Shown piece after piece: positions 31,520 through 41,764 of a stretch of DNA of 64,000 nt. Position 1 is the first letter of the stretch. Every line of letters begins with the position of its first letter. Source of the stretch: an uncultured delta proteobacterium (GTDB lineage: Bacteria; Desulfobacterota; Desulfomonilia; UBA1062); the NCBI GenBank assembly GCA_963752595.1, contig CAVVYZ010000005.1, positions 32,001 through 96,000 of the forward strand, written 5' to 3'. The notes beneath the pieces were generated by a model. That model saw nothing but the letters and a program-made list of their open reading frames with translations, did not search any database and had not been told where the DNA came from. Both the position numbers and the translations under genes were made by a program.

Positions 31520-33379
31520 TTATTGGTAGAGTCTTTCTTTCAGCTCATCGAGACCGAGCTCTACAAGCTTTTCCTGTCTGGGGAACCCCCGCTCATCAAG
31601 CCCCCGGATGGCATAATATTCGCTGAGGAGCAGATTCATATCCGGCACCGATCCTGCGGCGCCGCCCTCTTCCAGGGCCGTCATGATCCGCTTGGGCAGG
31701 ACATCGTCTTTTTTCGATACCCCGAGCAGGTTGTTGAAACCGCGCTTGAGCGTCCAGTCGCGCATGCCGGACCGGAGGAGATCATCGAACCCGAACTCGG
31801 AACCGGTAACGGCGTTGAAGGCTGCAAGAAGGGTTTCAGGCTTTATGGAATAGGCCACGTAGTGGCAGATGGCCAGCGAGTTGGCCAGAATGCCGTAGTT
31901 TTCTGAATTGTAGACCAGGGCTGCCTTGCCTTCACTGGTCGTCCCCTGATAGTCGTCCTTCATGTCGAAGAGCTCCGGCCAGGAGGCCATCCCCTGCTCG
32001 GTTGCCAAGGCAAAGTGCTGGAGATGACACGCGCCCCGGTTGGACATCATGTAGGCCAGGCCCATGCCGTGGAAGCCTCTGGGGTCGTGCATCGGGGCTT
32101 CGAGGCCCTTGACGTGAACCACGGCATCGATGGCATCGCCGCCTATCTTTGTGGCCGCCTTCACTGCACCTTCTGCCAGGATGTCTCCGAATCCTTCCCT
32201 GAATGCGATCTTTGTCACGAGGGCAATCACTGCATCCATGTTTCCCCAGGTGAGCTCCAGTCCGTCAAGCTGTTCCTTCGTGACCCGTCCCTTTTCATAG
32301 AGCTCCATGGCAAGAGCAATGGCGGAGCCGCAGCTGATGGTGTCCATGCCGTAGCGGTTGCAGAGCTCGTTGGCCTTGATGACTGCCGAAAGGTCTCCGT
32401 TCATCAGCATGGTTCCGAACACGGCGCAAGTCTCGTACTCGGGACCGGGGCCTTCAACCGACCGGTACGGCCCGTCATCCACCTTGACCACCCTCTTGCA
32501 GGCAATGGGGCAGTTGGCGCAGGCGTGCGCCTTGGTCAGATATTTCTCCCGCATGGTGGGGCCGCTCAAGTTATTCGAGAGATCATATGCACCTCCCGAG
32601 GTCCAGTTCTTCACCGGGACGTCGCCGGTTACCATACCGAGGTCCATATTCGCATCCGAGCCCATCAGATGAAGTCCTTCGGCAAGGGCCGACTCCTTGA
32701 TTTCCTGCATGGCCGCCTTCTGGGCCAGCTTGAACTTCTCATCATCGAACTTCTCGACCTTGCCCGTGCCCCTGACCTGGATCGCCTTGAGCTTCTTTGA
32801 TCCCATGACGGCACCGAGCCCTGCCCTGCCGCTGAAATGGCCCTTGTCATTGCCGATGGCGGCGATCCTCACGAGGTTCTCACCCGCAGGCCCTATGACG
32901 AGGACTTTTAATGACTTATCCTGGAGCTTGAGAATGTCTGTCGTCTCGTAAATATCCTTGCCCCACAGGTGGGCTGCATCGAACAGCTCGGCCTTGGAAT
33001 CTCCCACCGAGAGATAGACCGGTGAGTCTGCCTTGCCTTCGATGACGATCCCGTCATACCCTGCCCGTTTGAGGTCGGGGCCGAAGGTGCCGCCGCAGGC
33101 CGATTCCGCCCAGATACCCGTCTGAGGTGATTTTGCGCAGATGGAAAACCTGGATGTACCCGGAAAACCGCTTCCCACCATGGGGCCGGTCATGATCATA
33201 AGCGGATTGTCGGGAGAGAGCGGGTCGACCGCCAGGGGATAGCGATCGAGGAAAAACTTTGCCGCCAGGCAGCTTCCCCCGATATACTTCTTCAGATCTT
33301 CGGAACCGATGGTGAAGTCCCTGCATTCCTTTCGAGAAAGATTTACCAGTAAAAATTTCCCGGCATATCCTCCGGCCAT
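31520..33379 (-). CDS. aor: Aldehyde:ferredoxin oxidoreductase (W/Mo-bisPTT family)
   Basis: KSPQTG..ESACGG, IGPAGEN, GRAGLGAVMGSKKLKAI, CANCPIAC, GPEYET, GMDTISCG, HDPR and RGACH. Confidence 0.92.
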   Translation of the reverse strand: MAGGYAGKFLLVNLSRKECRDFTIGSEDLKKYIGGSCLAAKFFLDRYPLAVDPLSPDNPLMIMTGPMVGSGFPGTSRFSICAKSPQTGIWAESACGGTFGPDLKRAGYDGIVIEGKADSPVYLSVGDSKAELFDAAHLWGKDIYETTDILKLQDKSLKVLVIGPAGENLVRIAAIGNDKGHFSGRAGLGAVMGSKKLKAIQVRGTGKVEKFDDEKFKLAQKAAMQEIKESALAEGLHLMGSDANMDLGMVTGDVPVKNWTSGGAYDLSNNLSGPTMREKYLTKAHACANCPIACKRVVKVDDGPYRSVEGPGPEYETCAVFGTMLMNGDLSAVIKANELCNRYGMDTISCGSAIALAMELYEKGRVTKEQLDGLELTWGNMDAVIALVTKIAFREGFGDILAEGAVKAATKIGGDAIDAVVHVKGLEAPMHDPRGFHGMGLAYMMSNRGACHLQHFALATEQGMASWPELFDMKDDYQGTTSEGKAALVYNSENYGILANSLAICHYVAYSIKPETLLAAFNAVTGSEFGFDDLLRSGMRDWTLKRGFNNLLGVSKKDDVLPKRIMTALEEGGAAGSVPDMNLLLSEYYAIRGLDERGFPRQEKLVELGLDELKERLYQ

Positions 33380-33624
33380 GGGCTACCTCCTTTTTTACAG
33401 AGCAATTCTAGATTAATGTAAAGCATGCGGGTGTTTTCTTCAATCGAGGGGGAACTGAATCTTCTGTAACAGGCATCTGCATATCGTTGTACGATAATAT
33501 ATTATATTCTCATAAACAGAATTCAAAATTCTATGATCCGGTTGTCGAGCGAGAATCCGGGATACGGCATCGTCTCCACGAGGCAACCGGCTCGTGATAC
33601 TGTTCATCCAACCAAAATTGTGTA

Positions 33625-33672
33625 TTTTTCATACTTAAGTAGGATGAGAAAGGGATCTCTTTCCTGAATAAT
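33625..33672 (+). promoter_or_regulatory. Conserved activator box plus -10-like element (copy 1)
   Basis: TTTTTCATACTTAAGTAGGATGAGAA at 33625-33650 and AATAAT at 33667-33672. Near-identical to the box at 54822. Confidence 0.65.
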
Positions 33673-33715
33673 CTATCAACTCAGAATTCTATGAGTAAAG
33701 AGAGAGGAGACGCAC

Positions 33716-35578
33716 ATGGCTAACCTTATTATGGATGAAAGGGACCAGAAATTCGTTCTGTTCGAGATGCTCGGGGCGGAAAAACTCTGCGATGCTCCGA
33801 AGTATGCAGAGTTCTCCCGGGATATGTTTGAAATGATCCTGAGCGAGGCTCAGAAATTCGCTGTCGAAGAAGTGCTGCCTACACTGGTGGAATCCGACAA
33901 GACGGGCTGCAAGCTCATAAACGGGCAGGTCCATGTCCCGGAGTGCTTCCAGCGTCCGTACAAGCTCTTCTGCGAGGCCGGCTGGAACTGCATGTCATTT
34001 CCTCCGGAGCACGGCGGCCAGGGGCTGCCGTTTCTCATGAGGGTGGCAGCGCATGAGTGGTTCACGCACAACTTTTCTTTCATCTCCTACCCGGGTCTCG
34101 GCGAGGGTGCAGCGCACCTCATCGAATCGTACGGCACGAAAGAGCAGAAGGAAAAATATCTCCCCAACATGCTCACCGGCCAGTGGGGCGGCACCATGTG
34201 CCTGACCGAGCCCGGCGCCGGCACCGACGTGGGCAACCTGAGCACCAGGGCGATCCGTCAGCCTGACGGGACGTTCCTCATCAAGGGCACCAAGATGTTC
34301 ATCACCGGCGGCGATCACGACCTGGCGGAGAACATCATCCACCCGGTGCTCGCCCGCATCGAGGGCGACCCGGCCGGGACAAAGGGCATTTCGATCTTCC
34401 TCGTTCCCAAGTACCTCATCAATGAAGACGGCACTCCCGGCGCACGCAACGACTTCGAGATCGCCAAGATCGAGGAGAAGATGGGCATCCACGGGAGCGC
34501 AACCTGCGTCATCAATTTCGGCGACAACGGCAAATGCAAGGCCGAGCTCATGGGACAGGAACGCGAGGGCATGAAGATCATGTTCCAGATGATGAACGAA
34601 GCCCGGATCTCCACGGGGCTGCAGGGCCTCACCAGTGCGAGCATCGCGTATCTCCACGCGCTCCAGTACGCCAAGGAACGGCTTCAGGGCGCATCGCTGA
34701 TGAATTTCAACAACGCGGAAGCACCGCGCGTGGCCATCATCGAGCATCCGGATGTACGCCGCAACCTCCTGTGGATGAAGTCCAACGTCGACAGCATGCG
34801 CGCCCTCATGTATTACGCGACCATCTGCGGCGACAGGGCATTGACCGCGACCGATGAAGCTGAAATGGATAAATGGATGGGCATCTTCGAAGTGCTCACG
34901 CCTATCTGTAAGGCATACACCACGGATATCGGGTTCAGGGTCACCGAAACAGCCATGCAGGTATACGGCGGATACGGCTATTGCAGCGAGTATCCCGTGG
35001 AGCAGTTCATGCGGGATGAGAAGATCGCCAGCATCTACGAAGGCACCAACGGCATCCAGTCCCTGGACCTCGTGGGAAGGAAGCTCGGCATGAAGAAAGG
35101 CACCTACTTCATGCACATGCTCGGCGAGATGAATGCAACCGTGTCAGCAGCCAAGGGAAACCAGGCCGTCAAGGACCTTGCCGACGATGTGCAGGCAGGG
35201 ATCAATGCTTTGACCGACATGAGCCTCTATTTTGCATCCTGCGCCAAGGCCGGGAAGTTCCTCATCCCGGTGGGAAACGCGTATCCGTTCCTCATGATGA
35301 TGGGCAAGGTCATCTCTGCCTGGATGCTGCTCTGGCAGGCAGACATCGCATCCGGCAAGCTTGCCGCCCTGTGCAACGAGAAGGGCGTGGACATCGCCGA
35401 CCAGGCCGCACTGGGGAATCTTGCAAAGGATAACAAAGAGGCTGCCTTCTATGACGGCAAGCTCAAAGGCGCACGCTACTTCATCAAGAACGTGCTGCCT
35501 GAGATCGAGGGCACCATCAGGTCGATAAAGAGCGAAGATCTCTCCATAATGAACATCTCACAGGAGAGCTTTGCTTAA
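33716..35578 (+). CDS. Acyl-CoA dehydrogenase (~600-aa FadE5/DmdC-like type)
   Basis: GGTMCLTEPGAGTDVG, GTKMFITGGDHD, EEKMGIHGSATC, MMNEAR, QVYGGYGY and IYEGTNGIQSLDL. Confidence 0.92.
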   Translation: MANLIMDERDQKFVLFEMLGAEKLCDAPKYAEFSRDMFEMILSEAQKFAVEEVLPTLVESDKTGCKLINGQVHVPECFQRPYKLFCEAGWNCMSFPPEHGGQGLPFLMRVAAHEWFTHNFSFISYPGLGEGAAHLIESYGTKEQKEKYLPNMLTGQWGGTMCLTEPGAGTDVGNLSTRAIRQPDGTFLIKGTKMFITGGDHDLAENIIHPVLARIEGDPAGTKGISIFLVPKYLINEDGTPGARNDFEIAKIEEKMGIHGSATCVINFGDNGKCKAELMGQEREGMKIMFQMMNEARISTGLQGLTSASIAYLHALQYAKERLQGASLMNFNNAEAPRVAIIEHPDVRRNLLWMKSNVDSMRALMYYATICGDRALTATDEAEMDKWMGIFEVLTPICKAYTTDIGFRVTETAMQVYGGYGYCSEYPVEQFMRDEKIASIYEGTNGIQSLDLVGRKLGMKKGTYFMHMLGEMNATVSAAKGNQAVKDLADDVQAGINALTDMSLYFASCAKAGKFLIPVGNAYPFLMMMGKVISAWMLLWQADIASGKLAALCNEKGVDIADQAALGNLAKDNKEAAFYDGKLKGARYFIKNVLPEIEGTIRSIKSEDLSIMNISQESFA

Positions 35579-35621
35579 GCCCCTGAAAGGTCCTGCCGGA
35601 GCCGTTATCATAAACTGGTAA

Positions 35622-35691
35622 AGGCTGCCTCCTCTTCCTCTCCCCCCGTTTCCGGGGGAGAGGGAGGAGAGAGGATGCAGCCTAATTTTTT
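35622..35691 (+). terminator. Long hairpin terminator after the acyl-CoA dehydrogenase
   Basis: AGGCTGC..CTCTCCCCC/GGGGGAGAG..GCAGCCT followed by TTTTTT. Confidence 0.65.
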
Positions 35692-35838
35692 CAAGCACAA
35701 CAGCGCCGGATACTCGTTAATCGGGGTTAAAACCACCCCCTCATTCCCCCTTCCTTGATAAAATTCAAGCATCAGTATAAATAAATAGTGTTATATGGTA
35801 TATGATTGAAAAAAATCTGCCGGGCGGAGTATGCCTTT

Positions 35839-38628
35839 ATGATCAGCAGCGTCCTGAAAACGAAGCTTGCCATCCCGCCTGCCCAGGCCAATTGGATGAG
35901 CAGGCCCCGGTTGATAAGGCTCCTGAACTCCGGGTTGGAACACAAGCTTACCATTGTTACCGCACCCGCGGGTTTCGGAAAGACAACGCTGCTGGGCGAA
36001 TGGGCAGGGAGCCGGCGAAATATTTTTTCCTGGCTTTCTCTGGATGAGGGCGACAACGATAGTTTGCGTTTCTGGATTCATTTCATTTCATCCCTCCGGA
36101 TGCCGCGGCCGGGGCTCGGCAAGGCAGCTCTCGAAATGCTCCAGTCTTACTCTCCCTCGCAGCTTCCCGTGGAAACGTGCCTGACAACCCTGATCAATGA
36201 ACTATTTGAAGAGAACAAGACCTTTGTCATGGTTCTCGACGACTATCACCTCATCAGCAACCCAGCCATACACACCGACTTGAAGTTTCTCATCGATCAC
36301 ATCCCTCCCCGGTTCCATCTCGTCTTCTCGACCCGGGTAAAAGTCCCGTTTCCCGTCGGGCGCCTGAGAATCAAAAACCAGCTGACCGAGCTCAATGCCG
36401 ATGACTTACGCTTCACGGCCCAGGAGATATCGCTCTTCGCCAAAAAGGTGATCGGGACCAAGCTTGCCGATGCAGATATACCCGCGCTTGGCGCCTACTC
36501 AGAGGGATGGGCTGCAGGATTGCAGATCGCTGCCATCGCCATAAAAAAAGACATGCCCGGAGATGTCCCGCTGGTTTCCAAAGGTTATGAGCACATGATC
36601 GAGTATTTCATGGAAGAGGTGTTTTCCTCCCATCCTGAAAGGATCCAGACATTCCTGCTGGAAACTTCCATTCTCGAACGATTGAGCGGACCGCTGTGCG
36701 ATGCCGTCACCGGGCAGAAAGACAGCGCGGCGACACTCGAAGCGCTCTGTGCAGGAAACATGCTCATCGTTCCTCTGGACCACGAGCGCCGCGAGTACCG
36801 CTACCATGTCCTGTTTGCCGACACGCTGAAAAGCCGCCTCCGGAAACTCGATCCCGGACGCATCCGGAGCCTGCATGCCTTAGCTTCAAGGTGGTTTGTG
36901 GAGAACGACATGCCCGATGAGGGCATCCGCCATGCAATCGAGTCAGAAGACTGGGATCGGGCGGTGGATCTTGTGGACAAATACGCGGGGATCGCGCTGC
37001 TGCGGGGTGAATCGTCGACTGCTCTGCGATGGATGAAGTCGCTGCCTCCGAAGAATATCAGCTCCCACCCCGGGCTCTCCACCGGGTATGCCTGGGCGTT
37101 GTTCTTAAGCAACTTGAGGAACAGGACGGGAATACCCTATGAGGTAATCGGACAGTTCTTAAGGGATGCGGAGAAGGCCTACCTGGAGAAGAATTATGCA
37201 GCAAGGTCGTTTTCCGTGCGTGAACGCCAGGTCATCGGACATGCCAATGCACTGCGGGTATATCTGGCCTATGAACGGGGAGAACCGGCCAATAAGATCA
37301 TCGACCTGTGCAAGCGCAGCCTGACAGGCACGGAAGGAGACTTCCCCATCGTGCGGGCCGGTGTCTACAACATCCTCGGGATGACCTATATGAACATGGA
37401 CGAGCCCGAGGCCGCTGCGAGGGCACTGGAAGAAGCGAGGACCATCGGGTTCGTCGAAGGATTGTGCTTCTCGGTCGTCACGATCGACTGCTTCCGGGCG
37501 TATCTTGCAAAAATCCGCGGAAGGCTCCGGGAATCGGAATCCATGTGCCGCGAGTCTATGAAGACCATCAACGAATCCTTCATAAAGACCCGAAGGTTGC
37601 CGCCTGAGATGCTCGGGCTCATCCAGCTGGTGCTTTCCTATATCCTCATCGAGAAAAACGAACTCAAGACCGCGGACCGGATGCTCCATGAAATCATCAG
37701 GCCGATCCGGCTGCTCAAGGAGACGTTTACCGCCATATCGCACTATACACTGCTCGCCCGCACCAGACTCAGCCAGGGAGCAGACCTGAAGGATGTCTTT
37801 TCCCTGTTGACGGAAATCGGGCTCATGGAGCAGTCATGCCCCGGAGCCGGGGCGCATTCCGCTGCGCTGCGCATCCGGTTCCTGCTCCAGCGCTACCGTG
37901 ACAACCCTTCTTTCCTGGAATCCGCCTTCCGGCTGGCAGACCAGTACGGCTTTCAATTAAGCAGCCAGGCAAGGCCGTACATCAATCCTTTGGCAAAACA
38001 GTGGTATCACACGGAGCAGCTCTCCCTGGTCCGGCTCTCGCTTGCCGAGGCGGACGTGAGGCCCCGGAGCCGGTGCCGCCTCCCCCTTGAGGAGGTACTC
38101 CCTTTTCTTGAAGCAGTCTTGGCCAAGGCAGGGAAAGAAGGCTGGGGTGAGCTGGAAATCGAAGCGCTCATGCTGACCGCACTGGTGCATCATGCACGAG
38201 AGGACGAAGGACAGGCAATGGCTGCACTCGAAAGCGCCTTTTCTCTGGCCGAGCCGGAAGGATATGTACGCATCTTTGCCGAGGAAGGAGCGCCCATGGC
38301 CGGGCTGCTTCGCCAGGCAATCGCCAAGGGCATATATCCTGGTTTTGCCGCCAAGCTGCTGGAGGCCGCACAAGGGGAATCCGGAAGCGGCCGGCCTTCA
38401 TCAGCCATTCCGGATGACCTGTTCAACGCGCAGATAGAACGTTTGAGCCGGCAGGAAAACGCCATCCTCAAACTCATTGCAGACGGCCTCTCGAACCAGG
38501 AAATTGCCGATGAGCTCTGCATTGCCCTGACAACGGTCAAAACTCACAATTACAATATCTTCAGCAAGCTCAACGTAAAAAAGCGCTTCCAGGCAGTAAA
38601 AAAGGCAAAACAATTGAATCTTCTGTAA
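35839..38628 (+). CDS. MalT/AlkS-like large ATP-binding LuxR (LAL) regulator
   Basis: LKTKLAIP, APAGFGKTTL (Walker A), WLSLDEGDND, VLDDYH, EGWAAGLQ, YRYHVLF and the C-terminal LuxR HTH GLSNQEIADEL..TVKTH. Confidence 0.92.
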   Translation: MISSVLKTKLAIPPAQANWMSRPRLIRLLNSGLEHKLTIVTAPAGFGKTTLLGEWAGSRRNIFSWLSLDEGDNDSLRFWIHFISSLRMPRPGLGKAALEMLQSYSPSQLPVETCLTTLINELFEENKTFVMVLDDYHLISNPAIHTDLKFLIDHIPPRFHLVFSTRVKVPFPVGRLRIKNQLTELNADDLRFTAQEISLFAKKVIGTKLADADIPALGAYSEGWAAGLQIAAIAIKKDMPGDVPLVSKGYEHMIEYFMEEVFSSHPERIQTFLLETSILERLSGPLCDAVTGQKDSAATLEALCAGNMLIVPLDHERREYRYHVLFADTLKSRLRKLDPGRIRSLHALASRWFVENDMPDEGIRHAIESEDWDRAVDLVDKYAGIALLRGESSTALRWMKSLPPKNISSHPGLSTGYAWALFLSNLRNRTGIPYEVIGQFLRDAEKAYLEKNYAARSFSVRERQVIGHANALRVYLAYERGEPANKIIDLCKRSLTGTEGDFPIVRAGVYNILGMTYMNMDEPEAAARALEEARTIGFVEGLCFSVVTIDCFRAYLAKIRGRLRESESMCRESMKTINESFIKTRRLPPEMLGLIQLVLSYILIEKNELKTADRMLHEIIRPIRLLKETFTAISHYTLLARTRLSQGADLKDVFSLLTEIGLMEQSCPGAGAHSAALRIRFLLQRYRDNPSFLESAFRLADQYGFQLSSQARPYINPLAKQWYHTEQLSLVRLSLAEADVRPRSRCRLPLEEVLPFLEAVLAKAGKEGWGELEIEALMLTALVHHAREDEGQAMAALESAFSLAEPEGYVRIFAEEGAPMAGLLRQAIAKGIYPGFAAKLLEAAQGESGSGRPSSAIPDDLFNAQIERLSRQENAILKLIADGLSNQEIADELCIALTTVKTHNYNIFSKLNVKKRFQAVKKAKQLNLL

Positions 38629-38721
38629 CGCTCTCTTGCACCATCTTTCCGTATTGAATCCTGGGGGTTTCCCCGCAGCAGGAGGGATGCTAAAAAGAGT
38701 CTGGCATTGCCGTATCAGGGA

Positions 38722-38734
38722 AATCAATAAGTTA
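38722..38734. promoter_or_regulatory. IHF consensus site upstream of the hydrogenase operon
   Basis: AATCAATAAGTTA matches WATCAANNNNTTR. Confidence 0.45.
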
Positions 38735-39134
38735 AAGCCAGCGGCAAAAGAGATAGTCATCGAGCTGCCCCAGTCAATTTGATGGGAGATGCCATTCATT
38801 CTTATGAAACCGATCTTGGTAAGCTGAGACGACTTATGGTGATTGATAGCGGTGGCCGCCTCATCTGGGAGTGAAGATAGTGTAATGATATTTCTAAAAA
38901 GAAGATAAATCGACTCCGCCCCAGATTTTTTCGGCCGGCTCCATCATACAGGTTTAATGTTTTTAATGAGCACCTGTCCGAAACTATCCGGGTAGAAAAA
39001 TCATTGGATTCATGCCTTGTCCTTATGATCCTGCACATTATTTTCTTAATTGTGATGAAGAATTCATCATCGGGCAGTGGGAGTTCCTACTCGATGCGAT
39101 GCATGCTTTTCATCACAACAGCCTTTGAGGAATA

Positions 39135-40172
39135 ATGATGAGCTATGTAGTCCTGAATAAAGACCAGCTGAACAACTTCATCGTACAGCTCTCGGCAAGG
39201 CAGAAGGTGGTTGCCGCGGTCCATAAGGGGAATAACCAGTATGCATTCGAGGAGGTGCGGTCCGGGGACCGGATCTCGATCAGGTATATACCGACCATCC
39301 TGCCTCTAAAAAAGTATTTCGTGCCCCAGTATGAGACTCTGCTCGAGTATGACGTCAGGGAAGTCCCGAAGACCAAGGTGGTCGTGGAGTACGAGCCTCT
39401 GGTGCTGTTCGGGGTCCATACCTGCGACCTGGCAGGGATCCAGTGCCTGAACATCGTCCTTTCGGACAGGCCCAAGGACCTGCACTACCTGTTCCGGAAG
39501 AACAAGCTGATCATCATGGGCCTGGAATGCAACGATTACTGCGACGGCTATGCCAGCTGCTCACTGATGGGCAACCATCTGCCCTTCGGCGGATACGACC
39601 TGTTCTTTACCGAGCTCGACGAGTCGTTCATCATCCATGTTCAGACAAAGACAGGCGATGATCTCATAGAACAAATGGATTTCATCAGGAAGGCTGAGCC
39701 GTCCCACATGAACGCCCTCGAAGAGGTCCGGGCCCGCAAGAGGGAGATCTTCAGAAACGAGGTGGATCTGGAGCGGGATGAAATACCAATTCTGTTCGAC
39801 AAAGGCTTCGACCATCCCGTGTGGAAAGAGATCGGGGAGCGCTGCCTTTCCTGCGGAAACTGCACCAATGTCTGCCCCACCTGCTACTGCTTCGATGTCA
39901 TGGACATCCCGAACCTCGATCTTACCACAGGCAGGAGGGTCAGGGTCTGGGATTCCTGCCAGAACGAGCCATTTGCCAAGATAGCCAGCGGAGAGAGCTT
40001 CCGGGCCGAGAGGAGCGACCGGCTGCGCCACCGCTTCTACCGGAAGTTCAAGTACCACAACCAGCGGTTCAATCGGTATTACTGCACCGGATGCGGGAGA
40101 TGCACCCGCACTTGTATGGCAAAGATCAATCTCAAGGAAACCATTACCGCGCTGAAGAAGGTGCCGCTATGA
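39135..40172 (+). CDS. Group 3b hydrogenase iron-sulfur (beta, AsrA-like) subunit
   Basis: FGVHTCDL, CLSCGNCTNVCPTCYCF, WDSC and CTGCGRCTRTC. Confidence 0.88.
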   Translation: MMSYVVLNKDQLNNFIVQLSARQKVVAAVHKGNNQYAFEEVRSGDRISIRYIPTILPLKKYFVPQYETLLEYDVREVPKTKVVVEYEPLVLFGVHTCDLAGIQCLNIVLSDRPKDLHYLFRKNKLIIMGLECNDYCDGYASCSLMGNHLPFGGYDLFFTELDESFIIHVQTKTGDDLIEQMDFIRKAEPSHMNALEEVRARKREIFRNEVDLERDEIPILFDKGFDHPVWKEIGERCLSCGNCTNVCPTCYCFDVMDIPNLDLTTGRRVRVWDSCQNEPFAKIASGESFRAERSDRLRHRFYRKFKYHNQRFNRYYCTGCGRCTRTCMAKINLKETITALKKVPL

Positions 40173-41011
40173 GCAGGGAGAAGGTGATCATCAGGAATTC
40201 TTCCTATGAGATAAAGCCTGCCGGGATCGTCCGGAAAAGGGTGCTCACGGACAAGGAACAGCTGTTCGAGATAGCGTTCGACAGCGGAGAGCTCCTCGAC
40301 CACGAGCCGGGCCAGTTCGTCGAGGTGTCCATCCCCGGGGCCGGAGAAGCCCCGATCTCCGTCTGCTCCTCGCCCACGCTGCAGGGGAGCTTTGAGCTCT
40401 GCGTGAGGAAGATCGGCAAGGTGACCACTGTCCTGCACCACCTGGAGGTGGGCGACGAGATCGGCATCAGGGGGCCGTTCGGCAAGGGCTTCCCGGTCAG
40501 CATCCTCGAAGGTAACGACCTCCTGATGATAGCGGGCGGCCTCGGGCTGGCCCCGCTGCGCTCGCTCATCAATTACGTCATGGACAACCGCCGCGACTTC
40601 GGTCATGTTTCCATCCTGCTGGGCTGCAATACGCCAGGGAGCATCCTGTTCGGCGACGAGGTCGAAGCCTGGGGCGAGCGCACCGATGTCAGCTTCGAGT
40701 GCACGGTGGACAGGGCCGAACCCGACTGGAAGGGGCATGTTGGGGTGATAACCACGCTGATACCGGGTATCAGCCTCGACCCCCACTATACCTTCGGCAT
40801 CATCGTCGGCCCGCCGGTGATGTACAAGTTCGTGATAAAAGAGCTGCTCGGCAAGGGCGTTCCCGAGGACCAAATCCTGGTGTCCCTGGAGAGGCACATG
40901 AAGTGCGGCCTGGGCAAGTGCGGCCACTGCCAGATCCATAATATCTACTGCTGCCAGGACGGGCCTGTCTTCCGCTACAGCCGGATAAAAAACTTGCGGG
41001 GTGCTATCTGA
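40169..41011 (+). CDS. Group 3b hydrogenase FAD/NAD(P)-binding (gamma) subunit
   Basis: PGQF..GEAPISVCS, RGPFGKGF, AGGLGLAPLRS and LERHMKCGLGKCGHC..CQDGPVF. Confidence 0.88.
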   Translation: MSREKVIIRNSSYEIKPAGIVRKRVLTDKEQLFEIAFDSGELLDHEPGQFVEVSIPGAGEAPISVCSSPTLQGSFELCVRKIGKVTTVLHHLEVGDEIGIRGPFGKGFPVSILEGNDLLMIAGGLGLAPLRSLINYVMDNRRDFGHVSILLGCNTPGSILFGDEVEAWGERTDVSFECTVDRAEPDWKGHVGVITTLIPGISLDPHYTFGIIVGPPVMYKFVIKELLGKGVPEDQILVSLERHMKCGLGKCGHCQIHNIYCCQDGPVFRYSRIKNLRGAI

Positions 41012-41764
41012 ATGGAAAAACCGAAGACCGCCTTCTTCGATTTTGCCTGCTGTGAAGGGTGCCAGCTTCAGGTGGCCAATCTGGGGGAGACTCTCCTGGA
41101 TCTGCTGGGCTCCATCGAGCTGGTCGAGTTCCGCGAGGCGATGTCCGAGAAATGGGACAAAAACTATGACATCGCCGTCATCGAGGGGAGCATTACCACC
41201 CCGCATGCCGCAGAGCGGATACGCAGGATCAGGGAGCGATCAAGGATTCTGATTGCGTACGGATCGTGCGCGACCATAGGCGGGGTAAACGGGATCAAGA
41301 ACTCGTTTGACCTGGATGAGATACGCCAATACGTCTATACCCATGATTACCGGTTCTATCCCTCGGAAAAGACCAGGGCCGTGCATCAAACGGTGCAGGT
41401 GGATTATTTCGTGACCGGCTGCCCGGTGTATCCGCCCGAGTTCCTCGAGGTGCTGAAGGCTGTCCTCCTGGGCATCCCGTACCATGTGCCGGATAAAGCC
41501 GTGTGCGTCGAATGCAAGCTCAACGAGAATATCTGCATGTACGACCGCGGGGTCACCTGCCTGGGCCCGGTAACCAGGGCCGGGTGCAACTCCTGGTGCA
41601 TAAATAACGGGAACATCTGCTACGGATGCAGGGGCATGGTTTCCAACCCCGCCGAGAACGCCATGAAGCAGGTGATCGAGATGTACCGGATCCCCCTGGA
41701 TCTGATCATCAGGAAAATGGACATGTACAACAAATGCAGAGAGATCGACGAACATGGATCATAA
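41012..41764 (+). CDS. [NiFe]-hydrogenase small (delta) subunit
   Basis: FACCEGCQ, IEGSI, GSCATIGG, GCPV, VCVECK and CLGPVTRAGC..CYGCRG. Confidence 0.9.
   Translation: MEKPKTAFFDFACCEGCQLQVANLGETLLDLLGSIELVEFREAMSEKWDKNYDIAVIEGSITTPHAAERIRRIRERSRILIAYGSCATIGGVNGIKNSFDLDEIRQYVYTHDYRFYPSEKTRAVHQTVQVDYFVTGCPVYPPEFLEVLKAVLLGIPYHVPDKAVCVECKLNENICMYDRGVTCLGPVTRAGCNSWCINNGNICYGCRGMVSNPAENAMKQVIEMYRIPLDLIIRKMDMYNKCREIDEHGS

Noticed and set aside
38687-38875. Possible small frameshifted ORF (MLKRVWHC...) after the LuxR gene
   Set aside because: Needs an assumed indel, has poor RBS spacing and shows no recognisable homology.
39050-39118. Rex operator or NiCo riboswitch before the hydrogenase
   Set aside because: Half-site spacing does not fit TTGTGAA-N4-TTCACAA and I could not match the NiCo four-way-junction consensus. 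Kept only as an unassigned structure.
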